This document shows positions 25,101 to 39,483 of a DNA stretch of 64,000 nt, piece by piece (the first letter of the stretch is position 1; each line of letters opens with the position of its first letter). This stretch comes from Antedon mediterranea (taxonomy: Eukaryota; Animalia; Echinodermata), in NCBI RefSeq assembly GCF_964355755.1, contig NC_092675.1, positions 26,260,912-26,324,911 on the forward strand. The letters run 5' to 3'. A model generated the notes under the pieces. It was given only the letters and a program-made list of their open reading frames with translations. It was not told the origin of the DNA and did not search any database. The position numbers and the translations under genes are program-made.

Positions 25101-28100
25101 TGATCCCTGAATTCACTCAACCATTGCATCTTGCACTTGCGTGAGCTGCATGCTTTCTCTCTATACATCAAGCAGCTGGCTGGGCACGTCACACGCACGC
25201 AGAGACCTGTGTAGGGGAATACCCTTTTATGTCAAGCAAACAACTATGCTCTGTGCACGGCTAGCTCCAGAACCACGATGTTCAGCAGTTATCAAATAGA
25301 ATTTATCTTGTAAATTTAGTGTTAGGTTTTTATATTTTAGTTAAAATATACTTTATATTCTTATGTCGATTTATATTAATTAAATTTATTAAGGCTTGAC
25401 TAGACCTGTAGTAAACAATCGTAGTGTTGTGTTAGTATGCCTGTGAAAGATTGAGTATTGGAGTGACAGCCAGCCACGAAAGTACGTTCGTTTTGCTGAT
25501 CGCTAGCGCGTTACATACGATTAGTAGGAGTGTATTTTTTTAAGGTGACCTCACACGCACAGCACAGCGTCACAATTGTGTATGAGAATGATGCCCGCGA
25601 TGGCGGCTTAGATAAAAGACGCCAAAAACCACAGTCAACTGACCGCATGTTAATGTACTGATAAGCAGTGCGTCTTCCCACGAGCTAGTTGTCAGTCAGG
25701 ATTTTGTGTATTTCATATCATCTTACTTGAATATCATACTGTACTGTGACTCATTTGAAGCCATATCATATATCGTATATTTTATTCTTATATTTTCTTT
25801 CTTTTTCTTTCTTCTATCCCTTCTTTGTATTTTATTTTATTTTTTTGACTTGTTACCCAGCCCGATCGAACGCTTCTCAACCCGGTAAAATCCGCCAGGG
25901 GGGTATTCCGCCCCCCCTGCCCCCCCGCCTGTTACGCCACTGCACTTTTCATATATATTAGAGGATTTCATTTGATTATAAATGTTACCATATTATTAAA
26001 ACTAAAAAATTTAACATATCCCTCGAATAAGCACCTTCCTCAAATGAACTTTCCCTCCCCACCTCCGCCCTATAAGGGCCCTACCAAACAATAAAAACTA
26101 TACTTTAAAATGTTATTAATCATCTAAGACACTGTGAAACAGAGTAGTTTAGTTTTACGAATATCAAGAATTTTCAATATTGGTAACCGACAGAAAACGT
26201 ATAAGGAGAACATTATTATTCCGAGAACCATCGTCTACACTTCCTAGAGGGGGAGCGAGCGAAGCGAGCTCACCCTCTAGTAATAATTATTATTATTATT
26301 ATTAATGTAGGCGCGCTTATTGGTGAAAATTCTTCTTTTATTATTAATACGACCTAGGCCTAAGTGAATATTTCATTGACAGGGAATTATTAATTAATAA
26401 TTATCTGTATATTATTCTTCGCAAGGTAAGGTAAATGCAACGCCTAACTATAGCCTAGGCTGGCTTACATACATTAAAGGAGGCCTAGGGGCTTAGCTAC
26501 CCGACCCAGGAGATATTCTACTTGTTGTTGGCTATATATCGCCTTTTATATCAGTAAAATATAAGATTTGACATCCACTCTCTAAAAAATTATATTCCCT
26601 CGAGCAAAAATATCATTCCCTCCCTCGGGGATGTCAAATCTTATATTTTACCTCTAAGCAGGCAATATCTGTATAATATTAATAATGACTTAACTACAAA
26701 ACCCTAAAGTTGATATCATAGCCCTTTGTGTAAGGGCGGGTTGCGCAGTGTGTTGGCAGTTCGACTACTGATCGTGAGATCGAGTTTTGAATCCAACTCT
26801 CTCCGCATTGCTTGTATCCTTAAGATATTTTACTTACGTTTGCCTCTCTCCATCCAGCTGTATAAATGGGAACCCGGTTAGATCAAGACACAATTTTGCG
26901 CTGATTACTAGCAGCATTATGGGACTATGCTTCCATATGTGTTTGTATACTGGGGTAATATATAATGTTCAGCGCTTAGAGATTTCACAACATTAGTCGC
27001 TAATTAAATCGAGGATATAATTATTATTATTATTAGTAGTAGTGTTATTATTATTGTTATTGTTGTTGTTGTTGTTACTATTACTGTTACTATTACTATT
27101 ACTATTACTATTTTATTGTTATTATTATAACAACGTGTGTTATTTTCACTTAGATTGCGGCTACAATAGGCATGGTTGGAGTTGTGAAAATCGCTGTTCA
27201 AATAAGCATCATCCTATAAGGTGTAGCGCCTTTCAGTTCTGCTTACCTGATCCATATGGATGTAGCTGTGTTACTGGCTACCAAGGAATAAAGTGCATTA
27301 CAGGTAAAAAAAAAATTTTAGCACCATAGTGTTAAGACTGTAATTCGCATATATTTGACATTATTAATAAATTCAATAAATCGTATTGTACAGAATGTTC
27401 ACCAGGTACATTTGGAGCAGACTGTGCTCAAACTTGTCATTGTGAACAAGGTGATTGTGATAGATTTAGAGGAACATGCACTGACTCTTCTTGTGCATTT
27501 CCATGGATGGGATCTAACTGCCAAGGTAGTTTTAACATTATTTTTTTCATTATTTAAAAAATAGGATGATTGAAACAATTAACGATCAATTTGATATTGT
27601 TAACATTCTTGAACGTGATTTTTCCAAAACAAGAGTAGTAGGCAAAATAAAATTTTGCCTCCTTGTTGCCTCCTTTATGATTCCCATCATAAAGGACGTA
27701 ACTTTGTATTTATTCTTCAAAAACTCGAAATCAATCCATTTCTTTGCCTTTTAAGATGTTTCTGTGAATTTGTTCAAACTTCATACCACGTCATGTAACA
27801 AAGTTTACTATATATTCTACATTAACTTTCGATTTTGTAGAATGCCAACATAACTTTTATGGCGAAAACTGTGATATGGAATGTCCATGCGAATGTCATA
27901 GAGTGACAGGCAAGTGCAAAGAAGGCACGTGTCTTCCAAATTGGCTTGAACCTGACTGTGAGAATGGTAAGTAAAATAATAATGTAATTAATCATTCTTT
28001 TTTTCGTTAAATCAAATTAATTAAGTTTTTTTTCCACTTTAATACAACTGTGTGTCTTCATCTTCAACTTCATAAGTTCCACAATTAACACATTGATTAT

Positions 28101-31100
28101 TACGGAACTAGAGGCCTATTAGAAGAGGAGATGACTATGCCTGATACACAGTGTCTCGCACACGCTTGCATATTGTACACTGGACCTACGGACTCGTTCT
28201 ACCAGAAAATAGAGTTGGAGTCTCGAACCTTTGCTGATATTATGGTGTATTCCGGTTCTACTGTCTTGACCACCCACTCTAAAGTTCAAGTAGAAAGAGA
28301 CAATTAACAACATGAACCCATTTTACTTTACGTGCATCCTTGCTGCATGACGTATTTTGAACTGTTCTCTCTCCATTCCGACGCAAATGTTGTATATTTA
28401 TTAATTGTTTTTTTACTAATTAGACTAATTTATTATTAAATTCAATATGTTATACCTAAAATTAAATCGCAATTATTACAACTCCCTTTGTTCTGTTTTT
28501 AAATAACTTTGAAAGCTATTATTGATCATTAACATGCTGTGTAACCAAATAAAAATAAATAAACATGCATATATAGGCCTAAAGTAAGTTTCCAATGTAC
28601 ATAGGCCTATCCAATTAAAACTTGACGAAACTGTTTGTTCAATCCACAGGAATCGTGAATACCACATTTACCCCAGCGAATAACGGCCAGAATACAACTA
28701 CCTCTTGTTCGGTTTATCAGAATGGTGTAAACGATGTTCAAACAATGATTGTAGTGACAAATACTGATGTCACTAAAACCATTACAACAATATTGGAAAA
28801 AAAGCAAAGTGGTCAGAATATAATGACTCAAGCATTTTCTGTGATAGCTGATGTTGATTCGACATATAAATGTGTAATTTCACAAGAAAGTATGTCAGCT
28901 CAGAGCGCGATTATTTCAGAAACATTTAGTAAGTTGTATATCATCAATAAACGTCATGCAACATAATCATTTTATTTATAATTTATGTAATTATTTGTTC
29001 ACAAAATAACGAATATTTATTTTGTTCACAAAAGAAATACCTTTATATGTCGGGAATCTGACGTTACTTAGTGTTTCAAGCTCCTCTATCACCATTGAAT
29101 GGACGGCATGGAATAGCAATACTGACGATGGAGATGGTCCAGTTGTCGGATACTTTTTATACCACAAACTGAACAATACTGACATTTGGAATCATGGACT
29201 ATACATCAATGCATTATCAGGCCCTGTTTCCGAGTTGATGTGGGATACAGAATACACTTTTAGTGTTTCTGCTGTGAGACCTGGTGAGGGCGGAGAAGGA
29301 CCAATCGGAGATGGAACAGTCACAGCAAAAACGATTTGCGGAAGTAAGTTATTTATATAATATCTTATATATTATTTCGGAAACACGCCGAACGTTTTTT
29401 TCGAGAGCTTTTCCAACTTTCCTTAGTCCTTGATTGACACCGAAGTGTTAAAATTGATGTCGTGAATTACGTTGCCGAAATTACGGCACAATTAAAACAT
29501 ACAATTAAGAAAAACTGAAGTTTAATGACAACATCGTCAGCGCAATGAAATACAGTCGTATGTGTTTTTATACCTTTATACAGGTAAATATTCAGATGTA
29601 TTTAATTAATATAATATCTTCATTGTTAGTCTTAATCTAAAGTAAGTGTATGCAATGATGTAATATTGATCAGTTATCAACCGAATAAAATAACCAACTT
29701 ATCCATCTATAGTATGTAAATAGAAAGCACACTATCAGTTCTTTTCCACTTAAAAATAATTAGAAGCATGAAGCATTTTTCAAAACATTAACATATTTGA
29801 ATTTTACGAGATTTAGGAACTTATAAATATATTTAAATTTGTTTGTGATCTAACATCAGCACCAGCTTCATTGGAAGAAGTCAATCATACGGTTTCCGAC
29901 ACGCCAAATATATTGGTGACCTGGACAGTAAGCAACTCTTGAACTTGTTGATTTGTTATAATAATTTTGTTTAGTTTAGCATGAATGAACGAGCAAATTA
30001 AAATAACCTAGGCCTGCTCCTTGTTTAGTTTCTTTGTATGTAAATTTGTGATTTTTAGTTTATTGTGAAATTTGACAACAAGCATTTAATCACTACGCTC
30101 CCAAAGATAAAAAAAATGCCATTGTTAATTATGTTCATTGTTTATCAAAGAGCAAATTTGCCAAATATAAATGTTGATTATTATTTTTGTTTATGTTTAT
30201 TTTTTGTTCTCTTTTGTGGCGTAAACACTAAATTTGATTTGTTTATTTATTATATTTAATTTTTACTTCAATCATACCATCTTTAGAAAATTAATGCAGA
30301 TGCAGAAACACTGAAATGTTATAACACGTCTTACGTATACAAAGTGTATCTCAAATCTAATGACGATGTTGGAATTGGTGAGGTAGTTTACATTGGAATT
30401 GACTCCAGCGTGACTATAGACAGTTCGAGAGTAGATGGTCTGTTGTCTTACAGCTTTTTAGTCACTGTATCTAACAAAGACAATGAAAGTGAATATGTTG
30501 AAAGTATCGATACTTCAGACAAAAATGAAGGTGGGTGCAGTGTCTCATTATTTAGGAAAAAGTAAGCAATTGTTTATAATACATGATTTGGAAAATTGTA
30601 AAACATGCACAACATCTCACTTTTTAGAGGGAATTATGACATTAATGAAAATACATTTTCATGATATATATTAATATTATAAAAATCTATAATTTTGGTC
30701 AGGATTACCTCACCTTTAGGTACATGTGTAGTCATTTATAAAATATGTAACATTACATGAACCAACAATACAATATAATTTAAAAAACATCGTACATCTA
30801 CAGGTCAAGGTACGGCACTTTTAAGCATTCCATATTTTACAGATATGTCTGAACCAAGTGGTGGCTCTTCTGGTGGTATTATTGGTGGTATAGTTGGAGC
30901 ACTCATTTGTATACTTTTGTTGGTTGCGGTTATCATTATTGTTATGTATGTATACATGTATATGTTAGTAATTATTATAAATATTTATAATAGTAAAATA
31001 AAAACATTTTAAATTATACTGAAAAATTGATATATTGTGTTTGCTGCATTTTATTTATTTTGTACAATTTAAAGGAAAAGAAAGAAAGATAAAGGCACTG

Positions 31101-34100
31101 AACATCGACAAAGGCAAGATAGAATACAATTTGAAGGCATGTTATTTAATTTAACTATGTTTATATATCATATATGCTTTCTAAAGTTGTTAAAATATAA
31201 TTTATAAGAACATGTTATTGTTTACAAGTTAACTAATTTAGAACTTTTTTCATTCTTAGACGTTACGTCACGCTCAGATGAATCAACAGCGCCATCAAAC
31301 ATCGATTTACCTGACGACACATCCTTTTTGTACGAGAACGTCCATGTGGAACCGTCAACAGCTTCAACATTTTCTCGAAGAATTCTAATTTCTGATTTGG
31401 TTGCTTATTTCGCCCATAAGCTTTCAACAGACTTACACAATGAATTTGATGTTAGAAAAACTGCCTAATTTATTTTATTAGATGTTTTAACAGGTTGAAA
31501 TAATTGTATAAGTAATTATTACAAGTACTTAAAACATTTTCTTTATAGCTATGTACTACAATATCAATATCAATGTTAATATAATATAACATTTAAAATG
31601 TTATTTCCTGTTACTATGCAAACAAAATGCACAAATAATAAATCAATAAAACAGCGGTGGAAATGTATCACAATACATTTTAACATAACATATTACTATT
31701 CTTATATTTCTAGCTTCTACCAGTCGACCAGACTCACCCATGGGAAGTAGCAGCCAAAGAATGTCACAAAACAAGGAACAGATTCAAGAATATTGTCCCA
31801 TGTAAATAAAGAATGTATGAATAATTACTTTGGCGGCTGCTGATCATGCGTAAAAAGTATAATGCTTCTTCTTGATGTGAAGATGTTGTTGTTTGTACTA
31901 AAATGAGAAAAAATGACAAATATCACATGCATAGAATAAATTCTAAACCGCCCGGTGATATACTGAAATGTAATTACTTAATTTGAAACGAGAAGGATGA
32001 TTAAATCTATGAGAATGAGAAAAGGTCGCCCCAACCGCCGAGACTCGAACCCGGAACATTCTGCTTGATATGCAGTTGTCCTAACCAATAGACCAATGGG
32101 GCTTTCATAGTATTGATCAATATAATATATATACTGTATTTAATTACATTAGTTTAATTTCTACTTAGATGATCATGCAAGAGTTGTGTTGGACAAGATT
32201 AACGGCGATCCTGATTCGGATTACTACAATGCAAGCTATATCGATGTAAAGAGATATGTATTTGAAATCGTTTTTAACATGTTTTTAAAGTATAATATCA
32301 CCTATTGCTTTTGTTTGTAGATATTAGAAAACATAAATCAATGGAACAATTATAGGCCTAATATTAAAAATCACTTTCAGTCAACAGTTTATATTATATT
32401 ATACTGTAATACAAAAAATAAAAGGGGGAATGGAATATCGATATATTCCTCATTTAAGAGGTTTGTAACATATCCCTCTATGTATTTATTGAAATAATAT
32501 ACAATCTTGACATTTTGTAACCCTTAACATAATAGTCTCTGTTATAAAAACGACTTCGACCATGTTGCTCTGTATTGATGTTAGTTATTGGTATTGTTTT
32601 AGGGTTACAGCAAAACGGAGCACTACATAGCGTGCCAAGGTAAGCAAACACAAATATTATCTAAAAAATAAACTTATGAGAAATAAATTCGTCTCATATT
32701 TGCACTATATATGACAATACTGAACACATTAATTTATAAATGATAAAGAATAAAATTAATTACACTTAAGCTCGTTTTTCCCTAGGTTTATATTCGCGAG
32801 AATCGGGCAAGCCATTGGTCACAACAAGTTGAAAACAATAATAATACGCGGCTCTAGTCAACGTTTCATTGGCGCGAATAAATTCGCCTAGTGGAAAACA
32901 TGCTTATATATTTTTTTTACAAATATTTCAGTGATACTTATTCCCATCCTCTAATTTATAAATGACCATCAACGATTTTCTTCAACAGGTCCTAACAAAA
33001 ACTCCCTTAGTGATTTCTGGCGAATGATCTGGCAGAAGAATATCAAAGTTATCGTTATGCTTACAAACATTCTTGAAGGAAATAAGGTGAATGAACTTTC
33101 AATATATCTATAAACATAAATGAATAGAAGACATTCACAGATCAATCTAAACCAAAATCACTGTAGGAGAAAGTTGTGAAACTTAAAATATTATTCTAAA
33201 AAATGTACTTAATAAACAAATAAAATAATAGTATAAAAAGAAAAGTTTAATACCCCAAATCAAGAGATTAACTGGACTTGTATGGACCACTATATAAGTA
33301 AAAAGGCAAATATAACAATTTGTATTTAGTTTGACGTGTTATATTTCTTGTTACAATCATTTGCATGGATATACTAATTAAAATGTTTATCTATTAATTT
33401 ATAACCAGGAGAAATGTAAGAAATACTGGCCTGATGAACAGGAAATGGTTGTTTTCGATGACATCACTGTAACGGTTACTAATGAAGAAACAACTGAGGA
33501 CTACACAACAAGAACTGTGCGAATCGTAAGTATTTAAGCTTGGTAAATTGATATAGATAAATATTCGTAATAACTAAGCAATTTAAATTTCATATTGAGC
33601 ATTACCATTATTCTGGTTATACTTTGACCAACACGGTCATTGGAAAACAATGCAGACGTAGAGCAAGAAGCTTGTAAGTAATGAATTTCCGTTAAACATT
33701 CTTGTTATATTATTTTATATTTTAAAAAAACGGATCATGAAACGTTATTATTAAAGACACGTTAAAGTGTAATGTATTTTGGCCAGTTAATTGAATTATT
33801 AATATTAAATTACGAATCATATTATTATCAATGGTTTATACTTTTTTAATATTGATCTTTCGTTCAGAACTATGATTGTATTTTTGGTGTTGATATCAAT
33901 GTGAATTATACTATTTACGTTGTAGGAAGAAATTGAACAACGTACCATTAAGCAGTTTCATTTCACTCAATGGCCTGATAAGGGAGTACCAAAGTCTGCT
34001 TCAGGATTACTGCGTCTTATCCAGAAAGTGAAAAGTGTTCGAGGAACTTCATTGACCCCGGTATTAGTACACTGCAGGTAAAGTACAATATTACCCAATG

Positions 34101-37100
34101 CTTATACAATGTATGATTAGGAATACATTCTGTAATAAAACCACATTTTCTTTTTTTAAAGTTCAAAGTGTACGTAGTTTACTGGTATTGAAAAGAAAAT
34201 GGTAGAGTATAGCTAGGATAGTGTCATCTTTAGAACTTCATTAAGTAAAATTAATAACATCCAATATATAAAAGATGTTAAATCAATTTATTTACGGTCT
34301 ATGTAACAAGAAACTATCCACACAATAAGCCTATTATATCATCAGATGCTGGAATTACTAATAACATTGCTTATAAATACTAGAAATTGTGAATTATTAC
34401 AGTGCTAATATCATTAAACCTCAAATTAACGAGTTTTGTTTTGTTAATAAACAGTGCTGGTGTTGGCAGAACCGGGACCTATATTGTCATTGACGCCATG
34501 TTGGATATGATAATGACTGAAGAAGCTGTTGATATTCTTCAATACATAACAGATATTCGAGAAGCTCGCATTAGTATGGTTCAGACTCCGGTAAGTTAAA
34601 TACAAAAAAAACGCCTCTTACTTTTAGAGGCCTACTTATGATAAAGTGTATACACTCTTTATTATTTAAATTTATTTTTTGTTGGTAATACTTGACTTAT
34701 ATTCTAGCATAGTTAATAATATAGATGTCTAATGTTTACTTTACTGTACACAGTACAAATTAAGGTATCAGTAAATGACCTTTAAGACAAAAAGTGGATA
34801 CAACGGAAAATTGTTTTTTAAATGGGTCTAAGATGATAAAACCCTAGCCTGTTGTGCATTATATGATATTAATGAATGACGGTCATCATTCCTATCATTT
34901 TTAGGAGCAGTATGTGTTCATTTACAGCGCCTTGAGTGAGTTTTATCTCAATGGTGTTGTACAATTCCCTGTCTCCGAATTTACAAGTCGAATGAAAAAG
35001 TTGAAGCGTGCAAATCCTAAAACAAAGAAAACGTTCATTGAAGAAGAGTTTGACGTAAATTTTATGTTTTTAATATATCTAGTTTTATAGGTAGGCCTAT
35101 TGCTCATTTATAACAATTGATTAGTAAATTATATAGTAGGTATTAACATTAACACAATGACAAACCATCCTGTCATAAACTGAACAAGGCATATCATATA
35201 CACGGATGCAGTCGAGTGCTCAAGTTAGTGTTTACCGACCAACCGACCGACCGACCGACATTAGTGAGCTGTAGAGTTGTGTTGCACTTGACTAAAAATG
35301 TAAACAATTCTGATTCATATTAACGGAAAACGTTTAAGAGAGGACGCAAGTGGTTTCACCAGAATTAAACACAACACATTTGGAATTAAAATTTCTCTTG
35401 CTGTATTATCTATCATCCCATTCTTCTTCATAATGTAAGTATAAATACAATTAACAGTTATCTCTGTGTTTGTCAATGACAGATGTTGGTTTCTGTAACT
35501 CCATCGCCACCTCTAGAAGAAATGTTGAGTGGACGTCAGGGGCACAGCATCAAGAAAAACCGATTTGGAAATGTGTTGCCAGGTATAAACGTTGATCATT
35601 GTTTAAAACATTGATAAATCAGAGGTGTAATGGTTGTTTGCTGTCCGTCTTACATTCAACCAGTGGATAGATTTGTTCAAGAAGTACTATCTATTCATAA
35701 CTTATCTATTCCATTGTGTTTGGCACGATTCTGCATCCCATTAAAAAAAAAGATTTTAAACATTTTGTTAATCTACCCCATTTCCATTTCTAATGAATAT
35801 ACTTTTGTTTTTTAACAATAGTTTTTGTTTCTTTGCTTCTTTTAACAGTTGATCGATCTAGAGTCATCTTAAAATCAGAAAGCAACAATTACATCAATGC
35901 TTCATTCATTAATGTAAGTTTTAGTCATTTATTTTATATATTTTATTTCAAATCAACTAACAGATATAAAAATACCCACAAAAAAGTTAGTAAGTTACTT
36001 AATAATAAATATATAAGTTGTAATAATCAACTTGTTTGAATTTAAATTTTGCACAATTATAAGAAATTCTTCGTAGATTTTACACACCCTTTTCAATCTC
36101 ACTATAATGAATTAACTTATACTCTCCTTATATATTAAAATGTTGTTTAATTGCAGGGTTGCAGAGTAAGTGACAGATTCATTGCTACTCAGATGCCAAT
36201 AGAGGATACAGTGGATGATTTCTGGCGACTTGTTTACGATTGGAAAACATCTACTATTGTGATGTTGAACTGCATGGATTATTCAGATCCGGTTGGTACC
36301 AATCAAATCATATGAGATGAACCAATTCTATTTTATTTTATTAATTTCGACAAACACATTTATACAAACATACAGACGAATTATCTAGGTTGCGCCAAGG
36401 AGTGGTAAAAGAAGCCAAGAGCTTTTGTCGCCAATAAGGCGTACCACTCCAACAAAATAGGCTAAAACGTACAAAAATTAATCTAAATTTATAATAAAAT
36501 TATATGGTTCTACAAAAAATTCAAAGAGAATTAGATTTAAACAAAAATTAAAAAACATAATTTATTGGCATTGGTAATTGTCAACCATAATAGTATCTAC
36601 TACTATCAGACATTTTACACTATAAATATTGTGTAAGTGAAGTGAGTAGTTACAGGTTCGATTCCAGCAAAAGTGGTTTCTTATCATAAAAATATCGGAA
36701 TATCAAAAATGATATGTCTAGCTCTATAATAATATTATTGATACTGTATAGGATGATATGCATATATTTTTCTAGTTTGTGTTATTATACTCTATATAAT
36801 TATTAACATATTTAGACATGCGCACAGTATTGGTTAGACGAGGGCAGCACTAAAACAGTTGGCAATTTGAAAGTACAATTTGATTCCGAAGAAATCAGAG
36901 GGCAAAATATAATCATCAGAAAAATGTCCATACATGCAACTAACAAGGTAAATCATTTAATATTTTTTGAAACCTGAAATGCACTGATTAAAAAGAAGAT
37001 CGAATATACTTTTTAGAGATTGGATAAATAATAATTATATATATTCGGTTTATTGTCCCTGACTATAATCCCAGTCTTTTGATATCTGTTTTTTTTTACT

Positions 37101-38322
37101 TACTGGTATATTACTTGGTATTTGTAAATTTGTTTGAGATTAAAATAGAAACAATTTAAAATAATAAAACATTTCCACAGAAATCTGAACCATTTTGTGT
37201 GACGCAATACCAAGTTACAGATTGGCCAGTTGACCAAGACACTCCAGAAAAGTTAGAAACATTGTTGCAGGTGTATGAAATGGTTCAATCCTCGCACACC
37301 TCCGTTGGAAACAGAGCAAATCCAATTGTAGTTCACTGCATGTAAGTATTACCAGTTCACCCTTCTCTGGTATTACCACTAACTTTTGTATAATACATTT
37401 TGCATATTATGCTACGCGATGTCGAAGCACAAACAGTAATATTGTAACACATTTTAGATGTAATACAATTAGAGACTGTGCACTCATGAAATGTCAAACT
37501 TATACCATTTTATCATTTATTATTGCAATTTAGGTTTAGTAATAGTTTAGTATACTTGTAATAACTATTAGTAATTATTATTATCTTTAATAGAATATTA
37601 TACAAATAAATGTTTACTTGGTATTTACTTTTATTACCTGTGTTTGCATAGCATATCTATTTAATGTATTGAATTCGTATTCATAGCCGGTGACATGACG
37701 TGACCCTTATGGGAGAAGAATGTTGTTGAAAAGTGTTACATTTAAGTCCACTGTGCTATGATCGCTATACAATACACAATGCAATACAATAAAACTTGAT
37801 TATCCCAAAACTCTGGGGAAATTCATTTGGTTGTGGTAGTACAATTTAGATTTTCATTATCCTATCTTCCGTATAGAAACGGTATTGGACGAACTGGCGT
37901 CTATTGTACAGTTACAGAAGCATTGGATAAAATGAAACAGGATGACGTCATCGATATTTTCCAATGTGTTAAACGACTTCGTAAAAATCGGCCAGGGTTG
38001 GTTACAAATGTGGTAAGTGGAACTATATACAGTAGTTGTTAATTGACAGAGTATGGAATGAATTTTGCATTAACTTGTGATGATTTAACTGTCATCTTGA
38101 TGGAATAACATTGAATAAAACCCCATCAAATAATTATTTGCATGCAATCGAGTTTTTATTTTACTTTTGTAACGTCACAATTTCAATGCACAATTTGAAA
38201 GTTTGCTCAATTGTAATTAAATTGTTAATAAAAATGATTGTTTTGCCATTTAGGAACAGTATTTGCTGTGTTATGACCTAGTGGGAGCCTACCTTCAGCG
38301 ATTTGCAACGTATTCTAACTGA
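18912..38322 (+). CDS. Gene 2: receptor-type protein tyrosine phosphatase with Tie-like ectodomain and tandem D1/D2 PTP domains (about 1342 aa, 29 coding exons)
   Basis: Ectodomain exons: 18912-18960, 19935-20210, 20862-21113, 22484-22618, 27154-27303, 27394-27525, 27841-27966, 28650-28928, 29035-29343, 29860-29927, 30287-30530. TM 30843-30945; juxtamembrane 31075-31136, 31260-31450. D1: 31714-31801, 32169-32245, 32603-32639, 32989-33086, 33409-33525, 33926-34077, 34455-34590, 34905-35054. D2: 35483-35582, 35849-35913, 36157-36291, 36816-36947, 37181-37341, 37877-38012, 38254-38322. D1 motifs [49 protein letters not shown]; D2 VHCINGIGRTG. Phases sum to 4029 nt and need one GC donor at 31137. 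Confidence 0.9.
21217..21955 (+). mobile_element. Helentron-associated non-autonomous element (DINE-1/HINE-like)
   Basis: 5' TTTTAGTCGCGTGGACGCGACT inverted repeat, (GTCG/GTCT)n microsatellite, 3' sub-terminal CACGCGACT, 3' hairpin GCCATCTATATGGC and T-rich ends. Related copies at about 10836 and 35185. Confidence 0.75.
24373..25942. mobile_element. Non-autonomous hAT-superfamily DNA transposon (1570 bp)
   Basis: TIRs CAGCCGCGTAACAAGGGGG / CCCCGCCTGTTACGCCACTG, with a perfect 8-bp TSD CACTTTTC at 24365-24372 and 25943-25950. No transposase ORF seen. Confidence 0.85.
26734..27030 (+). mobile_element. tRNA-derived SINE with conserved central domain and L2-type tail
   Basis: Degenerate A/B boxes, central TGCCTCTCTCCATCCAGCTGTATAAATGGG block, 3' CAGCGCTTAGAG, then (TAT)n. 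Confidence 0.65.
27020..27128. repeat. Compound trinucleotide microsatellite (ATT/GTT/ACT)
   Basis: Directly visible. Ends about 25 bp upstream of the EGF2 acceptor and explains the poly-Leu ORF at 27042. Confidence 0.9.
31933..32120 (-). repeat. Further copy of the tRNA-containing repeat at 8559-9225
   Basis: TTCTAAACCGCCCGGTGATATACTGAAA...GTCGCCCCAACCG...CTGCTTGATATGCAG...GGGGCTTTCAT matches 8690-8870 in reverse complement. Confidence 0.8.
35185..35297 (-). mobile_element. Short DINE-1/HINE-like element copy
   Basis: CAAGTTAGTGTTTACCGACCAACCGACC...AGTGAGCTGTAGAGT...GACTAAAAA, nearly the same as 10836-10945. Confidence 0.65.
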
Positions 38323-39483
38323 TGACGTTACACTATGTATATAGAAAATCAGCCAGAAAGAACCGTAATAATAATAATTATATAAGTATATAAAATAATA
38401 TATGTGTCTTTATCTTTGTTTGTAAAGAGTTAACTAACATTGTTAATAGTATAATATACAATAATATACAAACATCCATTGAATACCTACAATTGAACAA
38501 TATTACACAGAAAATCTTAAAGCCGCATGGCAGGTGATTTTGTTCCACTTTGTAAGATTCTTCTTCAATTCCTTATAATTTCATGTTTTATTTGAGTTTT
38601 AACGTTGGGTGGTTTTGAGTTTTTCTTTACACAACTATCAGTCAAGGAGGCCACGGTTAAACGTTGAGTGTTCCCCCTACTTTACAGTTGAGTCGTTTTT
38701 GTTCACTGAACCACAATCGTATAAGTACTGTGTAGCGTACACATTTCATAGAAATTGCACAATTATAGGCTACAAATTGTTAAAATGTAAAACCATTACT
38801 GGTTTCCTCGAGCCACCACAGGCACGAATATTTAGTACACAGTACTGATGAATCATGTAAAACAGTAATAATTTGAATTCAGCGTATACTGTGAGAAAAA
38901 AAAAACTAAATAATAAACTAAATTTCCAACGAAGTAGTTGAATGAATCATTGAAAGACTCCGGTTACCATAGTTTAGGCCTATTGTTCCTTCGCACATAA
39001 CAAATCCGGGTCTTGTATGATATTACATTGTTATTCATAATCATCTGTCTATGTGTGTACCGTAGTTTACGATAACTTCCTTATTCTGTTTATCATATCA
39101 TATCATATACGTACATCGAATCATATAAACAATTTCGGAATTGCTACTTGGAGCTTAATCATGTAAGTAAGCTATACATATATACATATGTTTTGTTTTT
39201 AGAAACGTGTATGTAATAAATTGACCTGTCGTATTTTGTAATAAAGTCAGCTATCATACTTTGTAATAACATCTGTCGTATTTTGTATTTTCTAATATCA
39301 TTTTGTAGGCCAATACTTATTATAACGGCTCAATACTTCGGCCAAACCTTAATTCCTAATGGGAAATGAAAACAAACACGCTCTTTGATCGCCGTGTCTC
39401 TGTTGCCACGGAAGATTCGAATCAACTGTTAATATCAGGATCAACGAAACAAATTACCCATGTATAAATCGTATGCGCAGTAT

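Noticed and set aside
27042-27153. Poly-leucine 'signal peptide' ORF running into an EGF exon
   Set aside because: It is the translation of a microsatellite; the true exon starts at the acceptor before 27154.
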